A DNA stretch of 64,000 nucleotides from Alcaligenaceae bacterium (GTDB lineage: Bacteria > Pseudomonadota > Gammaproteobacteria > Burkholderiales > Burkholderiaceae_B), in the NCBI GenBank assembly GCA_029263615.1, contig JAJUFT010000004.1, forward strand, positions 1,499 through 65,498, written 5' to 3'. Under the pieces are notes generated by a model. It was not told the origin of the DNA. It did no database searches and was given only the letters and a program-made list of their open reading frames with translations. Below, piece by piece: positions 33,124 to 46,061 of this stretch. How positions within the stretch are numbered: the first letter of the stretch is position 1; each line of letters starts with the position of its first letter. A program made the translations under genes and the position numbers.

Positions 33124-34409
33124 CCCAGCAGTTTGAGAAAGTGCGTGCCCTGACCGGCATGAAAGACGTGCTCCCGCACGAGAGCGCGGCATGGGAAACC
33201 CTGGAAGCCATTGTGCGTGAGTGGCTGGCGTCCTACGGTTATCGCAATATGCGCACGCCGGTGCTCGAGCACACCCGTCTGTTCGCGCGCGGCATCGGCG
33301 AAGTGACCGACATCGTCGAGAAGGAAATGTATTCCTTCCGCGACGCATTGAATGACGACCACCTGACCATGCGCCCCGAATTCACGGCGGGCATGGTGCG
33401 CGCGGCCATCGAACACAATCTCCTCTACGATCGCCCTCAGCGCGTCTACTGCATGGGGCCGGTGTTCCGCCATGAGCGGCCGCAGCGTGGCCGCTATCGC
33501 CAGTTTCACCAGATCGACGTCGAGGCGCTGGGTTTTGCCGGCCCCGATGTCGATGCCGAGCTCATCGTCATGCTGGCGCGGCTGTGGAAACGTCTCGGGC
33601 TGCAGGACATTCGTCTGGAACTGAACTCCCTGGGTCAGCCGGCCGAGCGGGCTGCGCACCGTCAGGCACTGGTCGAACATCTGGAAAAGCATATCGACGT
33701 CCTCGACGAAGAAGCGCGTCGCCGCATGCATACCAACCCCCTGCGTGTGCTGGACACCAAGAATCCTGCTATGCAGGACATGGCCAACAGCGCGCCGCGG
33801 CTGTTCGATTTCCTGGGTGCCGAATCTCTGGCTCACTTCGAGGGTGTGTGTGCGCGCCTGCAGGACGCGGGCATCGAATACACGCTGAACCCGCGTCTGG
33901 TGCGTGGTCTCGACTACTACAACCTGACCGTGTTCGAGTGGGTGACCGATCGCCTCGGCGCGCAGGGCACGGTATGTGGCGGTGGTCGCTACGACGGGCT
34001 GATGGAGCTGCTCGGCGGCAAGCCTGCTCCGGCCGTGGGCTTTGCCATCGGCATGGAAAGGCTGCTCGATCTCTGGCAACAGTCCGAGGCCGAAACCGAT
34101 ACCTCGGAATGCGACATCTATGTCGTGCATCAGGGCGAGGACGCCCAGCGCCGCGCCGCCATCCTGGCGGAAAGCCTGCGCGATGCCGGCCACCGTGTTC
34201 TGGTTCACGCCGGCTCGACCGGTTTCAAATCGCAGTTCAAGCGCGCCGATGCCAGTGGGGCGACGGTTGCCCTCATCATCGGGCCGGACGAGCTTGCCGC
34301 TGGTCAGGCCAGCGTCAAATGGTTGCGCATGGAAGAAGGGGACACGCGTCCGCAGCAGGAAACCCTGCCTTTTGATGCAATCGCAGAAACACTCAAGACG
34401 AGGATGTAA
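33120..34409 (+). CDS. hisS: Histidine--tRNA ligase
   Basis: [22 protein letters not shown] and GGGRYD motifs. Confidence 0.97.
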   Translation: MTQQFEKVRALTGMKDVLPHESAAWETLEAIVREWLASYGYRNMRTPVLEHTRLFARGIGEVTDIVEKEMYSFRDALNDDHLTMRPEFTAGMVRAAIEHNLLYDRPQRVYCMGPVFRHERPQRGRYRQFHQIDVEALGFAGPDVDAELIVMLARLWKRLGLQDIRLELNSLGQPAERAAHRQALVEHLEKHIDVLDEEARRRMHTNPLRVLDTKNPAMQDMANSAPRLFDFLGAESLAHFEGVCARLQDAGIEYTLNPRLVRGLDYYNLTVFEWVTDRLGAQGTVCGGGRYDGLMELLGGKPAPAVGFAIGMERLLDLWQQSEAETDTSECDIYVVHQGEDAQRRAAILAESLRDAGHRVLVHAGSTGFKSQFKRADASGATVALIIGPDELAAGQASVKWLRMEEGDTRPQQETLPFDAIAETLKTRM

Positions 34410-35045
34410 ATGGCATACGATCTGGATGAACAGGAAAAGCTGGACGCCCTGCGGGCCTGGTGGGATCGATACGGTACCCTGGTGGCAGTGGCGGTGTTCG
34501 TCATCGTGGCTGCGATTGTGGGCTGGCGCGGCTGGCAGTGGTACCAGACGCATCAGGCCAATCAGGCCATGGGCTATTTCGAAGCACTGCAAACCGCTGC
34601 GGGCCAGGAAGGCGAAGACGCGATCTCCCGCATTCAGGCTGCCACCAGCACCTTGCGCGAGAGCTTTCCCGATTCCGGTTACACCAGCCGCGGAGTCCTC
34701 GTTGCCGCCAGTGCGCTGGCCGAGCGCGGGCAGCTCGACGCCGCACGCGATCAGCTGCAATGGCTGGCCCAGCGGGGCAAGGAGCCTGCGATGGCAGCGC
34801 TGGCCCGTCTGCGCCTGGCGGGTGTCCTGATGGAACAGCAGCAGTACGACCAGGCGCTGGCACAGCTGGCCAATGCCCCGGCCAGTTTCGAAGCCCTTTA
34901 CGCTGACCGCCGTGGTGATATTCTGCTGGCTCAGGGTAAGATCGCGGAGGCGCGCGCAGAATGGCAGCGTGCCAAGGAAGCGTTCGGCTCTGACCCGATC
35001 GCACAAATCGTACAACTCAAGATCGACGCCATTGCCGGAGCCTGA
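34410..35045 (+). CDS. yfgM: YfgM-family TPR membrane protein
   Basis: EQEKLDALRAWW, a TM segment and ARLRLA; synteny. Confidence 0.88.
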   Translation: MAYDLDEQEKLDALRAWWDRYGTLVAVAVFVIVAAIVGWRGWQWYQTHQANQAMGYFEALQTAAGQEGEDAISRIQAATSTLRESFPDSGYTSRGVLVAASALAERGQLDAARDQLQWLAQRGKEPAMAALARLRLAGVLMEQQQYDQALAQLANAPASFEALYADRRGDILLAQGKIAEARAEWQRAKEAFGSDPIAQIVQLKIDAIAGA

Positions 35046-35050
35046 ACGCC

Positions 35051-36205
35051 ATGCAGCATGTCGTGTCCCGCCGTGTCTTACGTAGTGCCCTTGTTGCCCT
35101 GAGCGTGATTTCGCTTGGCGCATGCTCGATGTTTTCCAGCAAGGATACCCGCTACGAGCCGGTTCCTCTCTCGCAGTACGAAGCTCAGGTGAGTGCCGGC
35201 GTGCGCTGGACCGCCTCGATCGGCGGGGGCGGAGGTCCGGGCTTCGCGCCCGATGTCGTCGGCGAGTCCGTTTATGCTGCCACCCCGAACGCCGTGGCCA
35301 AGGTCGACCTCATGTCCGGTCGTGTCCTGTGGCGCGCCACACCCGACGTCACCCTGACGGCCGGCGCGGGCTCCGACGGCAACACGACTGCAGTGGTGGG
35401 AAGCGACGGCCATGTCATCGCCTATGACGATGGCGGTCGGGAAAAATGGCGGGCGCGTGCCACCAGCGCCGTGTTCGTCCCCCCAGTGGTTGACCGCGGC
35501 GTCGTGGTGGTGCGCAGTACCGACTACCGCATCCAGGCCTTCGACGCCGAAACCGGCGAATACCGCTGGGACGTCCAGCGGCCCGGTCCCGCACTGGCCC
35601 TGAAAACCAGCATGCAGATGCTGGCGGCCGACGGCCTGGTGATTTCAGGCATGCCCAACGGGCGCCTGATCGCCATTGAAGCCACCACCGGTGCGGTACA
35701 GTGGGAGGCACCCGTGTCCGTGTCCCGTGGCGCAACCGACCTCGAACGCATCAGCGACGTCGTGGGGGCGCCCATCATTGCCGGCCCTCTGCTGTGCGGC
35801 GTGACGTATCAAGGCCGCATGACCTGCTTCGACGTCAGTCAGGGCGGGCGTCCGGCCTGGGACATTCCCTTCTCCAGCCATTCCGGGATGGCAACCGACC
35901 TTCGTCATGCTTACGCCGTCGATCATCGTGACGTCGTTCATGCGATCGATCTCACCGACGGCAATTCCGTCTGGACGCAGGATGCCCTGCGCAACCGGCG
36001 TCTGGCAACGCCGACGGTCGTGCCCGGTGCCGTGGCCGTGGCCGATTACGAAGGCTATGTGCATTTTCTTTCCCGTGCCAACGGCGAACTCCTGGGCCGT
36101 CTGAGCGTCGGGGGCGGGGCCGTGGTGTCGCCGCTGGTCGGCACCCTGGCGGGTGTTCTGGTACAAGCCGGCAATGGCAACCTTGTTATGGTTAGTGTGA
36201 ATTGA
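35051..36205 (+). CDS. bamB: Outer membrane assembly lipoprotein BamB
   Basis: Lipobox LGAC, PQQ-like beta-propeller repeats and [11 protein letters not shown]. Confidence 0.92.
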   Translation: MQHVVSRRVLRSALVALSVISLGACSMFSSKDTRYEPVPLSQYEAQVSAGVRWTASIGGGGGPGFAPDVVGESVYAATPNAVAKVDLMSGRVLWRATPDVTLTAGAGSDGNTTAVVGSDGHVIAYDDGGREKWRARATSAVFVPPVVDRGVVVVRSTDYRIQAFDAETGEYRWDVQRPGPALALKTSMQMLAADGLVISGMPNGRLIAIEATTGAVQWEAPVSVSRGATDLERISDVVGAPIIAGPLLCGVTYQGRMTCFDVSQGGRPAWDIPFSSHSGMATDLRHAYAVDHRDVVHAIDLTDGNSVWTQDALRNRRLATPTVVPGAVAVADYEGYVHFLSRANGELLGRLSVGGGAVVSPLVGTLAGVLVQAGNGNLVMVSVN

Positions 36206-37635
36206 GCAAATCAAGTTTCAAGCCGGTCGTGGCGCTCGTAGGTCGGGCGAACGTCGGCAAGTCCACCCTCTTCAATCGCATCACGCGTTCGCGTGCGGCG
36301 CTGGTCGCCGATTTCTCGGGCCTGACCCGCGATCGGCACTACGGCGAGGGGCGGGTGGGCCGCCACCCCTTCATTGCGGTCGACACCGGCGGCTTCGAGC
36401 CCGTGGCGAAAGACGGCATCTTGCGCGAAATGGCGCGTCAGACCCATCAGGCCATTGCTGAAGCCGACGTCGTCATCTTCCTGGTCGATGCCCGCGCAGG
36501 CGTCAATGCGCACGACCACGAAATTGCCCAGCTGCTGCGCAAATCGGGCCAGCGTGTGGTGCTCGCCGTCAACAAGGCGGAAGGGATGCGCCATGCGGCG
36601 CCGCTGGCAGAGTTTCACGAGCTTGGCCTCGGCGCTCCGCGTCCCATCTCGGCTTCGCACGGTGACGGGGTGGTGGAACTCATAGAAGACGCCTTGTCCT
36701 ACCTCGATGGCGAAGTTGACGAGGAAGTCGTTGAAGAGCCCGTCGACGCCTGGGATGATGCCGAACCCGACGTCGACCCGGAGGTCGACGTGGGCGAGGA
36801 CGAGGAACCCCGGGACGAACCACGTCACCGCATCAAGCTGGCGATTGTCGGCCGGCCCAATGTCGGCAAGTCGACGCTGATCAACGCGCTGATTGGCGAG
36901 GAGCGAGTCATTGCGTTCGATATGCCCGGCACCACCCGGGACGCCATCGAAATCGATTTCGAGCGCGGTGGCAAGTCCTATACGCTGATCGACACCGCAG
37001 GCCTGCGTCGTCGCGGCAAGGTCTTCGAAACCATCGAGAAGTTCTCCGTCATCAAGACGCTGCAGGCCATCGAAGCCAGCAATGTAGTGCTGCTGATGGT
37101 GGACGCGCAGTCCGAGATCTCCGATCAGGACGCCCACATCGCCGGCTTCATTCTGGAAACCGGTCGGGCCCTGGTGGTGGCGATCAATAAATGGGATGGG
37201 CTGGACGCCGAACGTCGTGAATGGATCCGCCGCGAATTCGATCGCAAGTTGCGCTTCCTGAACTTCGCGCGGGTCCATACCATTTCCGCGCTCAAGGGGC
37301 AGGGCCTCAAGGCGCTGCTGAAATCGGTCGACGATGCCCATGCCGCGGCCTACCGGAAGCTCTCCACGCCGCGCCTGACTCGCGTGCTGCATGCCGCAGT
37401 CGAACAGCAACCGCCCCCTCGCAAGGGCATCTTCCGCCCCAAGATGCGCTACGCGCACCAGGGGGGACAGAACCCTCCGCTCATCATCATCCATGGCAGC
37501 GGGCTGGAAGGGGTGCCCGATTCCTACCGGCGCTATCTGGAGTCTCGCTTTCGCAGCGCTTTCGAGCTCGAAGGCACGCCGCTGCGCATTGAATTCAAGT
37601 CGTCGCACAACCCTTACGTGCAAGGAAAGTCGTGA
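36202..37635 (+). CDS. der: Ribosome biogenesis GTPase Der
   Basis: Two G domains ([16 protein letters not shown]), an acidic linker and a KH-like C-terminus. Confidence 0.96.
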   Translation: MSKSSFKPVVALVGRANVGKSTLFNRITRSRAALVADFSGLTRDRHYGEGRVGRHPFIAVDTGGFEPVAKDGILREMARQTHQAIAEADVVIFLVDARAGVNAHDHEIAQLLRKSGQRVVLAVNKAEGMRHAAPLAEFHELGLGAPRPISASHGDGVVELIEDALSYLDGEVDEEVVEEPVDAWDDAEPDVDPEVDVGEDEEPRDEPRHRIKLAIVGRPNVGKSTLINALIGEERVIAFDMPGTTRDAIEIDFERGGKSYTLIDTAGLRRRGKVFETIEKFSVIKTLQAIEASNVVLLMVDAQSEISDQDAHIAGFILETGRALVVAINKWDGLDAERREWIRREFDRKLRFLNFARVHTISALKGQGLKALLKSVDDAHAAAYRKLSTPRLTRVLHAAVEQQPPPRKGIFRPKMRYAHQGGQNPPLIIIHGSGLEGVPDSYRRYLESRFRSAFELEGTPLRIEFKSSHNPYVQGKS

Positions 37636-38711
37636 GTCGTTTCTGGAGCCAACACGTTGCCGGGCTGGTGCCCTACGTGCCGGGCGAGCAGCCCAAGATT
37701 GCCAACCTGCTCAAGCTCAACACCAATGAGCATCCCTACGGGCCCTCACCCAGAGCGCTGGAGGTCATCCGTTCGGGGGCAGACGAGGCGCTGCGGCTCT
37801 ACCCCGACCCGGAGTCGACGGCGCTGCGCCAGGCGGTGGCCCGGCGCTACGGCATTGACGCCGCGCAGGTGCTGCCGGGCAACGGCTCCGATGAAGTGCT
37901 GGCGCATGTGTTCAATGCGCTGTTCCGGCATGAGGGCAGGGCGCTGTACATGCCCGACATCACTTACAGCTTCTACAAGACGTACTGCAAGCTATACGAC
38001 ATTCCCGTCTCGCTGGTGCCGCTGGCCGAAGATTTCTCCCTTTGCCCCGACGACTACATCGGGCTGGCAGAGAAGCCGGCCGGCATCATTTTCGCGAACC
38101 CGAACGCCCCCACCGGTCTGGCCCTCGCGCTGGATGAGATCGAGCGTATTGCCGTGGCGAACTCCGACGTTGCCGTCGTGGTGGATGAGGCGTATGTGGA
38201 TTTCGGTGCCGAATCGGCCATTGCCCTCATCGAGCGCTGCCCGAACATCGTGGTGATCCACACGCTCTCCAAGTCGCGCGCCCTCGCGGGAATGCGGGTC
38301 GGCTATGCGGTGGGGTCGAAAGAGATCATCGAGGGACTCATTCGGGTCAAGGACAGCTTCAACTCCTATCCGCTGGACCGTCTGGCCCAGGCGGCGGCTG
38401 TCGCCTCGATTGACGATCAGGAATACTTCCTCGAGGCCACGCAGAAGGTCATCAACGCGCGGGAATTTCTTACGAAACAGCTCGAAGCCATTGGTTTCGA
38501 TGTGCTTCCGTCGAAAGCCAATTTCGTCTTCGCCCGGCATCCCCGGCACGATGCGGCAGAGCTCGCCGCCGCCTTGCGCGAGGCCGGAATTCTGGTGCGG
38601 CACTTCAGCGCACCCCGGATCTCGCAGTTTCTCCGCATCACGGTCGGCACACGGGACGAGTGCGCTCGCCTCTGTCATACCTTGTCCGAACTGACGATAA
38701 AAACAAGCTAG
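37632..38711 (+). CDS. hisC: Histidinol-phosphate aminotransferase
   Basis: KLNTNE, GNGSDE, DEAY and [14 protein letters not shown] motifs. Confidence 0.92.
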   Translation: MSRFWSQHVAGLVPYVPGEQPKIANLLKLNTNEHPYGPSPRALEVIRSGADEALRLYPDPESTALRQAVARRYGIDAAQVLPGNGSDEVLAHVFNALFRHEGRALYMPDITYSFYKTYCKLYDIPVSLVPLAEDFSLCPDDYIGLAEKPAGIIFANPNAPTGLALALDEIERIAVANSDVAVVVDEAYVDFGAESAIALIERCPNIVVIHTLSKSRALAGMRVGYAVGSKEIIEGLIRVKDSFNSYPLDRLAQAAAVASIDDQEYFLEATQKVINAREFLTKQLEAIGFDVLPSKANFVFARHPRHDAAELAAALREAGILVRHFSAPRISQFLRITVGTRDECARLCHTLSELTIKTS

Positions 38712-38815
38712 AATTGTTCAAGCACGGGTCGATACGGCGTGCAATCCTAGGGAAAACCCTGTAAAGTAGACCCCTACGCCGTTTTCCTATAACAACATAA
38801 TTTGGAGCCTAGCCG

Positions 38816-39052
38816 ATGAGCAACAAAGGGCAAACATTACAAGATCCCTTCCTCAATGCCTTGCGTAAGGACCACGTGCCAGTTTCAATCTATCTTGTGA
38901 ACGGCATCAAGCTGCAAGGGCAGGTTGAATCTTTCGACCAGTACGTCGTGCTCCTTCGCAACACCGTTACACAGATGGTCTACAAGCACGCCATCTCCAC
39001 CGTCGTGCCCTCCCGCCCGGTCAATTTCCAAGTGGATGCCGCCACTGAATAG
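38816..39052 (+). CDS. hfq: RNA chaperone Hfq
   Basis: LQDPFLN and YKHAIST motifs. Confidence 0.98.
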   Translation: MSNKGQTLQDPFLNALRKDHVPVSIYLVNGIKLQGQVESFDQYVVLLRNTVTQMVYKHAISTVVPSRPVNFQVDAATE

Positions 39053-39127
39053 TCGCGCGTTTCCCCTCCGCTTTTGCAAGTCGATCGCTGCGCGCCCGTG
39101 CGCGGCGATCACTGAGCCGCTCCGCCC

Positions 39128-40234
39128 ATGAAGGCCCTCATTATTTCGGTCGACATGGGCGAGCCTGACTACGACGCCCACGCCCAGGAATTTCACATGC
39201 TGGCGGAAGGGGCTGGCGCAGAAATTCTGGAAACGCTGCGCGTCCGTCGGGCCAAACCGGACGCCGCTCATTTCATCGGCTCCGGCAAGGTGGAAGAGGC
39301 GCATCAACTGATCGAAGCGCTGCAGCCCGAAGTCGTCCTCTTTGATCAGCCCCTTTCCCCGGCGCAGCAGCGCAACCTGGAAAGGGTGTTCAAGAAACGG
39401 GTCGTCGACCGCGTTGCCCTCATTCTGGATATTTTTGCCCTGCGTGCAAAAAGTCATGAGGGCAAGCTGCAGGTCGAACTGGCCCAGCTTCAGCATCTCT
39501 CCACGCGGCTCACCCGGCTCTGGACTCACCTGGAGCGCCAGAAGGGCGGTATCGGGATGCGTGGCCCGGGTGAATCCCAGCTCGAAATGGACCGACGCAT
39601 GATTGGTGCGAAGGTCAAGGTGTTGCGTGAACGGCTCGATCGGGTGCAGCGTCAGCGCGCCACCCAGCGTCGCTCACGCGCCCGCGGCAGCACGTTCTCC
39701 GTGTCTCTGGTCGGGTATACCAACGCCGGGAAGTCGACGCTCTTCAATGCCCTGACCCGGGCAGGCGCGTACGCGGCAGATCAGCTCTTCGCCACGCTCG
39801 ACACCACCACGCGTCGCATCTGGATCGAAGGGGCAGGGCAGGTCGTCGTTTCCGACACCGTGGGTTTCATCCGCGATCTTCCCCCTACCTTGATCGCCGC
39901 TTTCCGCGCGACACTGGAAGAAACCGTTCACGCGGATTTGCTGCTGCATGTGGTGGACGCCGCCAGTCCGCAGCGCGATGAGCAGATCATGGAAGTGAAC
40001 AAGGTTCTGGAAGATATCGGCGCCGATCAGATCCCCCGGATTCTCGTCTACAACAAAATCGACGAGGCGGATTACGAGCCGCGGGTCGAGCGGGATGAAC
40101 ATGGTACGATTGCACGAGTTTTTGTAAGTGCCTTAAAGCGCACTGGTTTGGACGGTCTGCGTGGGGCGATCGCCGAATCAGCTCAAATCGCGGGAAACAA
40201 TGCGTTCAATATCCAAAATATTCAATCTGAATGA
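39128..40234 (+). CDS. hflX: GTPase HflX
   Basis: GPGESQLE, GYTNAGKS and DTVGF motifs. Confidence 0.96.
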   Translation: MKALIISVDMGEPDYDAHAQEFHMLAEGAGAEILETLRVRRAKPDAAHFIGSGKVEEAHQLIEALQPEVVLFDQPLSPAQQRNLERVFKKRVVDRVALILDIFALRAKSHEGKLQVELAQLQHLSTRLTRLWTHLERQKGGIGMRGPGESQLEMDRRMIGAKVKVLRERLDRVQRQRATQRRSRARGSTFSVSLVGYTNAGKSTLFNALTRAGAYAADQLFATLDTTTRRIWIEGAGQVVVSDTVGFIRDLPPTLIAAFRATLEETVHADLLLHVVDAASPQRDEQIMEVNKVLEDIGADQIPRILVYNKIDEADYEPRVERDEHGTIARVFVSALKRTGLDGLRGAIAESAQIAGNNAFNIQNIQSE

Positions 40235-41519
40235 TCCGGGCTGGGGCCGGGGTGGCCGCAACGATGGGGGTCGTCAAGAGGACGACAACGCTCGCCGGCC
40301 CCAGAACGATGGTCCGCCCGATCTCGACGAAGTCTGGAAAGATTTCAACAACCGCCTCGGTTCGCTGTTCGGCAACAAGCGGGGCGGCGGTAGCCCACGC
40401 GGCCCGCGCAGCGGGGGCGGCAACGGCATGCCCTCACTGCCTTCGAACTCGCCCAGGCTGCTCGGGGTGGTGGCGCTCATCGCCCTCGTCATCTGGGGCC
40501 TGAGCGGCTTCATGATCGTTCAGGAAGGGCAGGTGGCGGTGGTCACGCGCTTCGGCAAATACATCAAGACCCTGCCTCCTGGTCTGCAATGGCGCGTTCC
40601 GTACCCGATCGACGATCACCAGATGGTCAATATCGCTCAACTGCGGACCTTTGAAGTCGGTTACCGCGGTACGGCCCGCAACAAGGTGCTGCCCGAATCG
40701 CTGATGCTGACTACCGACGAGAACATCGTCGATGTGCAGTATGTGGTGCAGTACCGACTGAACCCTGACGGCGCTCCCGACTACCTCTTCCGCACCAGCA
40801 TGCCGGACGAATCCGTCCGTCAGGCGGCGGAAACGGCCATGCGCGAAATCGTGGGTCGCAAGACCATGGACTTCGTGCTGTATGAAGGGCGTACGGAAGT
40901 CGCCACGGAAGTGCATAATCTCGCCCAGTCGATTCTCGACCGTTACCAGACCGGCATCCAGATCAGCACGGTGGCCATCCAGAACGTTCAGCCGCCCGAG
41001 CAGGTGCAGGCTGCATTCGACGACGCGGTCAAGGCCGGCCAGGACCGCGAGCGCCAGATCAACGAAGGCAATGCCTACGCCAACCAGGTGCTGCCGCAGG
41101 CCGAAGGTCAGGTGGCCCGCATGCTGCAGGACGCCGAAGGTTATCGTGCCAAGGTGGTCGGCGATGCCGAGGGTGACACAGCGCGCTTCACCAGCATCGA
41201 GGCCGAGTTCGCCAAGGCCCCAGAAATTACGCGCCAGCGCATGCATCTGGCGACGATGGAGCAGATTCTCGAATCCAGCGCCAAGGTCCTGATCGATGCC
41301 GACTCCAGCAACAACATGCTGTATTTGCCGCTGGACAAGATCATGAGCCAGGCTGCGCGTGATCACCGCCCGGCTGGCAGCAGCTCCATCGAGGCAACGA
41401 CGGGTGCCGCCGCAGCGGCGAACTCATCCTCCCGCCCGTCCACGTCTCCGGCGCCGGCCACTCCGGCCCCGGCGAACAGCGCGGCGCGTAATGCCTTGAT
41501 CAGCCCGTATTCCCGCTAG
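40200..41519 (+). CDS. hflK: FtsH modulator HflK
   Basis: NDPGWG and GPPDLDE motifs plus an SPFH domain. ATG at 40200. Confidence 0.95.
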   Translation: MRSISKIFNLNDPGWGRGGRNDGGRQEDDNARRPQNDGPPDLDEVWKDFNNRLGSLFGNKRGGGSPRGPRSGGGNGMPSLPSNSPRLLGVVALIALVIWGLSGFMIVQEGQVAVVTRFGKYIKTLPPGLQWRVPYPIDDHQMVNIAQLRTFEVGYRGTARNKVLPESLMLTTDENIVDVQYVVQYRLNPDGAPDYLFRTSMPDESVRQAAETAMREIVGRKTMDFVLYEGRTEVATEVHNLAQSILDRYQTGIQISTVAIQNVQPPEQVQAAFDDAVKAGQDRERQINEGNAYANQVLPQAEGQVARMLQDAEGYRAKVVGDAEGDTARFTSIEAEFAKAPEITRQRMHLATMEQILESSAKVLIDADSSNNMLYLPLDKIMSQAARDHRPAGSSSIEATTGAAAAANSSSRPSTSPAPATPAPANSAARNALISPYSR

Positions 41520-41529
41520 GAGGAACACG

Positions 41530-42450
41530 ATGCAACGTTTATTTCCTGCACTGGTGGGCCTCGTCATCGCGCTTGCCGTGCTTTCTTCCTGCGTGTTCGT
41601 GGTTCGCGAACGCGATGCCGTACTTCTCTTCGCCCTGGGTGAGGTCCGCAAGACCATCACCGAGCCGGGGCTGTACTTCAAGCTGCCGCCACCTTTCCAG
41701 ACGGTCACGCGCCTGGACAAGCGTCTGCAGACCATCGAAACCAATGACCCCGAGCGCATTCAGACTTCTGAAAAGAAGAACCTGCTGATCGACTCCTTCG
41801 TCAAATGGCGCATTGATGACCCCCGTCTGTTTTACGTGACCTTCGGGGCGAACGACCGTGCGGCCGTGGAGCGTCTCCAGGCACAGATTCGTGATGCCCT
41901 GAACGCCTCCGTCAACGTGCGTACCGTGAAGGCCGTGGTGTCCACCGAGCGCGATGCCATCATGCGCGAGATTCTCAGTAACGTGAAGAATCGTGCCAAG
42001 CCGCTGGGCGTGGATGTCGTTGACGTGCGTCTGCGGCGCATCGAGTTCGCCCCGGAAATTTCCGAATCGGTGTTTCGCCGCATGGAAGCCGAACGCAAGC
42101 AGGAGGCCAACCGTTTGCGGGCTTCCGGTGCGGCCGACGGTGAACGCATTCGTGCACAGGCTGACCGCCAGCGTCAGGAAATGATCGCTGAAGCCTATGC
42201 ACAGGCACAGACCATCATGGGTGAGGGCGATGCCGTCGCCGCCAGCATCTACGCCAACGCCTACGGAAAGAATCCCGAGTTCTACAATTTCTATCGCAGT
42301 CTCGAGGCCTACAGGTCCGCCTTTGCCGGCAAGGGGGACACGCTAGTACTGAGCCCGAATTCCGATTTCTTCCGGTTCTGGGGCTCCGCGCAAGGCCAGG
42401 GTGGTCGTGGCACAGGCGCCGGGCAGCAACCGGTGCCGGCGCTGCAATGA
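41530..42450 (+). CDS. hflC: FtsH modulator HflC
   Basis: SPFH domain with RMEAER and FYRSLEAY. Confidence 0.95.
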   Translation: MQRLFPALVGLVIALAVLSSCVFVVRERDAVLLFALGEVRKTITEPGLYFKLPPPFQTVTRLDKRLQTIETNDPERIQTSEKKNLLIDSFVKWRIDDPRLFYVTFGANDRAAVERLQAQIRDALNASVNVRTVKAVVSTERDAIMREILSNVKNRAKPLGVDVVDVRLRRIEFAPEISESVFRRMEAERKQEANRLRASGAADGERIRAQADRQRQEMIAEAYAQAQTIMGEGDAVAASIYANAYGKNPEFYNFYRSLEAYRSAFAGKGDTLVLSPNSDFFRFWGSAQGQGGRGTGAGQQPVPALQ

Positions 42451-42520
42451 TGCTGGCACGTTTGCCATGCGGCCGTCATGGTTTACAATAGCGTGTAAGT
42501 TTCGATTACCCTTATCCGCG

Positions 42521-42559
42521 AGCGACTTGCGGGCTTACGCCCCAGGTCGCTTTTTGTTT
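42521..42559 (+). terminator. Rho-independent terminator hairpin between hflC and hisZ
   Basis: AGCGACTTG-C-GGGC/TTAC/GCCC-CAGGTCGCT followed by TTTTGTTT. Confidence 0.7.
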
Positions 42560-42633
42560 GGAAACCGCGCCTGCCGCATGATGGCATCAGGGTTGCGCGG
42601 TAATCAGTCCTTTACCTCTGAACAGGATTGCTG

Positions 42634-43797
42634 ATGACAAAATGGCTGCTGCCGGAGAGCCTGGCAGACATCCTTCCTGCGGAAGCCAGGCGCATCGAAG
42701 AATTGCGCCGGAAACTGCTGGATCTCTACCGTGTCTACGGGTTCGAACTCGTGATGCCTCCCCTGGTGGAATATCTCGATTCCCTCCTGACGGGTCATGG
42801 GCACGATTTATCGCTGCGCACCTGCAAACTGGTGGATCAGCTCTCGGGCCGCACCCTTGGTGTACGCGCCGACATGACGCCGCAGGTGGCGCGCATTGAT
42901 GCGCATCTGTTGAACCGCGAGGGCGTGACCCGTCTGTGCTATTGCGGCTCGGTGCTGCATGCCCGTCCTCTGGGCCTGTTCTCCGACCGGGAGCTGTTGC
43001 AGATCGGTGCGGAAATCTTCGGGCATGCCGGCGTCGAAGCCGACATCCAGATCATCGAGCTGGCGCTGGAAAGCGTTCGCGCGGCGGGTGTGAAATCCCC
43101 ACGACTCGATCTCAATCATCCGGGGGTCCTGCGCGCCATCATCGCGTCTGATCCCGCCCTCGAAGAGGTCGCTGAAGAGGTCGCCGATCTGCTGGCCACC
43201 AAAGACATTCCCGGCCTTCAGGCACTGGCGCAGGCGGCAGGCACTCTGCGACCCGGCAGTGCGGAAGCACTGGTCGAACTGGCGGGCCTGTATGGCGGCC
43301 CGGAAGTGCTGCAGAAAGCGCGCGACGTCCTGCCGCGCCTGCCGGCGGTTTCCCAGGCACTCGACGACCTCGAACGGGTTGCCGGTTTTCTGTCGGCTTA
43401 CGACCTGAGTTTCGATTTTGCGGATGTTCGTGCCGGATACGGATATCATTCCGGCATCGTATTCGCCGTTTACGCCGATGGGTGGCGGGACACGCTGGTG
43501 CGGGGCGGCCGTTACGATGGCGTCGGCAAGGCTTTTGGGCGTGCGCGACCGGCCGTCGGCTTCAGCATGGATCTGCGCGCGCTGGCCAGCGGGCTTGAGC
43601 CGGCCCGGCCGGCCAAGGCCGTTCGGGCGCCCTGGGGCTGCGAACCGGCGCTCGGCGCGGCACTGCGCGAACTCCGCGAGCAGGGCCATATCGTGGTGCA
43701 GGTGCTGCCCGGGCAGCAGCAGAGCCTGGATGAGTTCGTGTTCGATCGCGAGCTGGTCCAGGAAGGCAATGAATGGAAGGTGAGGGCGATTGACTAG
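42634..43797 (+). CDS. hisZ: ATP phosphoribosyltransferase regulatory subunit
   Basis: [24 protein letters not shown] and GGRYD motifs; lies upstream of purA. Confidence 0.93.
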   Translation: MTKWLLPESLADILPAEARRIEELRRKLLDLYRVYGFELVMPPLVEYLDSLLTGHGHDLSLRTCKLVDQLSGRTLGVRADMTPQVARIDAHLLNREGVTRLCYCGSVLHARPLGLFSDRELLQIGAEIFGHAGVEADIQIIELALESVRAAGVKSPRLDLNHPGVLRAIIASDPALEEVAEEVADLLATKDIPGLQALAQAAGTLRPGSAEALVELAGLYGGPEVLQKARDVLPRLPAVSQALDDLERVAGFLSAYDLSFDFADVRAGYGYHSGIVFAVYADGWRDTLVRGGRYDGVGKAFGRARPAVGFSMDLRALASGLEPARPAKAVRAPWGCEPALGAALRELREQGHIVVQVLPGQQQSLDEFVFDRELVQEGNEWKVRAID

Positions 43798-43850
43798 CGC
43801 GCTGAACGGCGCTGTTTTATCGTATGGTTTTCACTTGGCGGGCTGGCTGA

Positions 43851-45179
<1,329 letters not shown>

Positions 45180-45193
45180 GGGGGGCATGCGCG

Positions 45194-45742
45194 ATGAGTT
45201 TGCCTGCCAATACCGACAGTGATCATTGGGTATCCTGGGACGACTACCATGAACTGATCGAGCGTCTTGCGCTGATCGTCCATGAGTCCGGCTGGAAGTT
45301 CGACAAGATTCTGTGTCTGGCACGTGGCGGTGTGCGGGTGGGGGACATCCTGTCGCGCATCTACGATGTGCCCCTGGGCATCCTAGCGACCAGCAGCTAT
45401 CGCGAGGCCGCCGGCACCGTTCAGGGCACCATGGATATCGCCCAGTACATCACCATCACGCGCGGCACGCTCGACGGCCGCGTGCTGCTGGTCGACGACA
45501 TGGTCGACACAGGCATGACTTTCGGCAAGGTGCGCGATCATCTCCTGCGCGAATTTCCTGCCATTGAAGAGCTGCGTACCGCCGTATTGTGGTGGAAAGG
45601 CCACTCGCAGGTCACACCCGATTATTATGTGGAAAAGCTCCCGACCAACCCCTGGATCCATCAGCCCTTCGAGGATTACGACAGCATTCGGCCTCATCAG
45701 CTCGAAGCATGGATGCGGAAGGGAATTCGGTCGCAGAGCTGA
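45194..45742 (+). CDS. Type I phosphoribosyltransferase (purine salvage-like)
   Basis: LARGG and VLLVDDMVDTG PRPP-binding motifs. Confidence 0.88.
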   Translation: MSLPANTDSDHWVSWDDYHELIERLALIVHESGWKFDKILCLARGGVRVGDILSRIYDVPLGILATSSYREAAGTVQGTMDIAQYITITRGTLDGRVLLVDDMVDTGMTFGKVRDHLLREFPAIEELRTAVLWWKGHSQVTPDYYVEKLPTNPWIHQPFEDYDSIRPHQLEAWMRKGIRSQS

Positions 45743-45745
45743 ATC

Positions 45746-45775
45746 TTGACGTTGATTTGGCCCTCGGGCTACAAT
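45746..45775 (+). promoter_or_regulatory. sigma70-type promoter of rpsU-dnaG-rpoD
   Basis: TTGACG-N18-TACAAT. Confidence 0.6.
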
Positions 45776-45848
45776 CTACAGTTCACATTTGTGTCTACAC
45801 CGAATTTCGTCTAACAGATTCATTTACCCTTGTAAGGCCCAGGAATAC

Positions 45849-46061
45849 ATGCCTATCGTTCGTCTGAAGGAAAACGAGCCCTTTGAAGCCGCTCTGCGCC
45901 GCTTCAAGCGCACCATCGAGAAAAATGGTCTCTTGACCGAGCTGCGTTCGCGCGAATTCTACGAGAAGCCGACCGCAGAGCGTAAGCGCAAGCACGCCGC
46001 CGCGGTCAAGCGTCACTACAAGCGCATCCGCAGCCAGCAACTGCCCCCGCGTCTGTATTGA
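45849..46061 (+). CDS. rpsU: 30S ribosomal protein S21
   Basis: [14 protein letters not shown]...REFYEKPT. Confidence 0.97.
   Translation: MPIVRLKENEPFEAALRRFKRTIEKNGLLTELRSREFYEKPTAERKRKHAAAVKRHYKRIRSQQLPPRLY

Noticed and set aside
37632-38711. hisC placed between der and hfq
   Set aside because: As I recall, this is the ordinary arrangement in Alcaligenaceae, so it is not novel.
42481-42486. GTWWAC putative methylation motif overlapping promoter elements (also 29593-29598)
   Set aside because: The same hexamer occurs in coding regions, no methyltransferase is in the window, and enrichment cannot be shown by eye.
42447-42498. Short ORFs (MMLARLPCGRHGLQ, MVYNSV) as a his-type leader peptide
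   Set aside because: No His-codon run and no convincing RBS.
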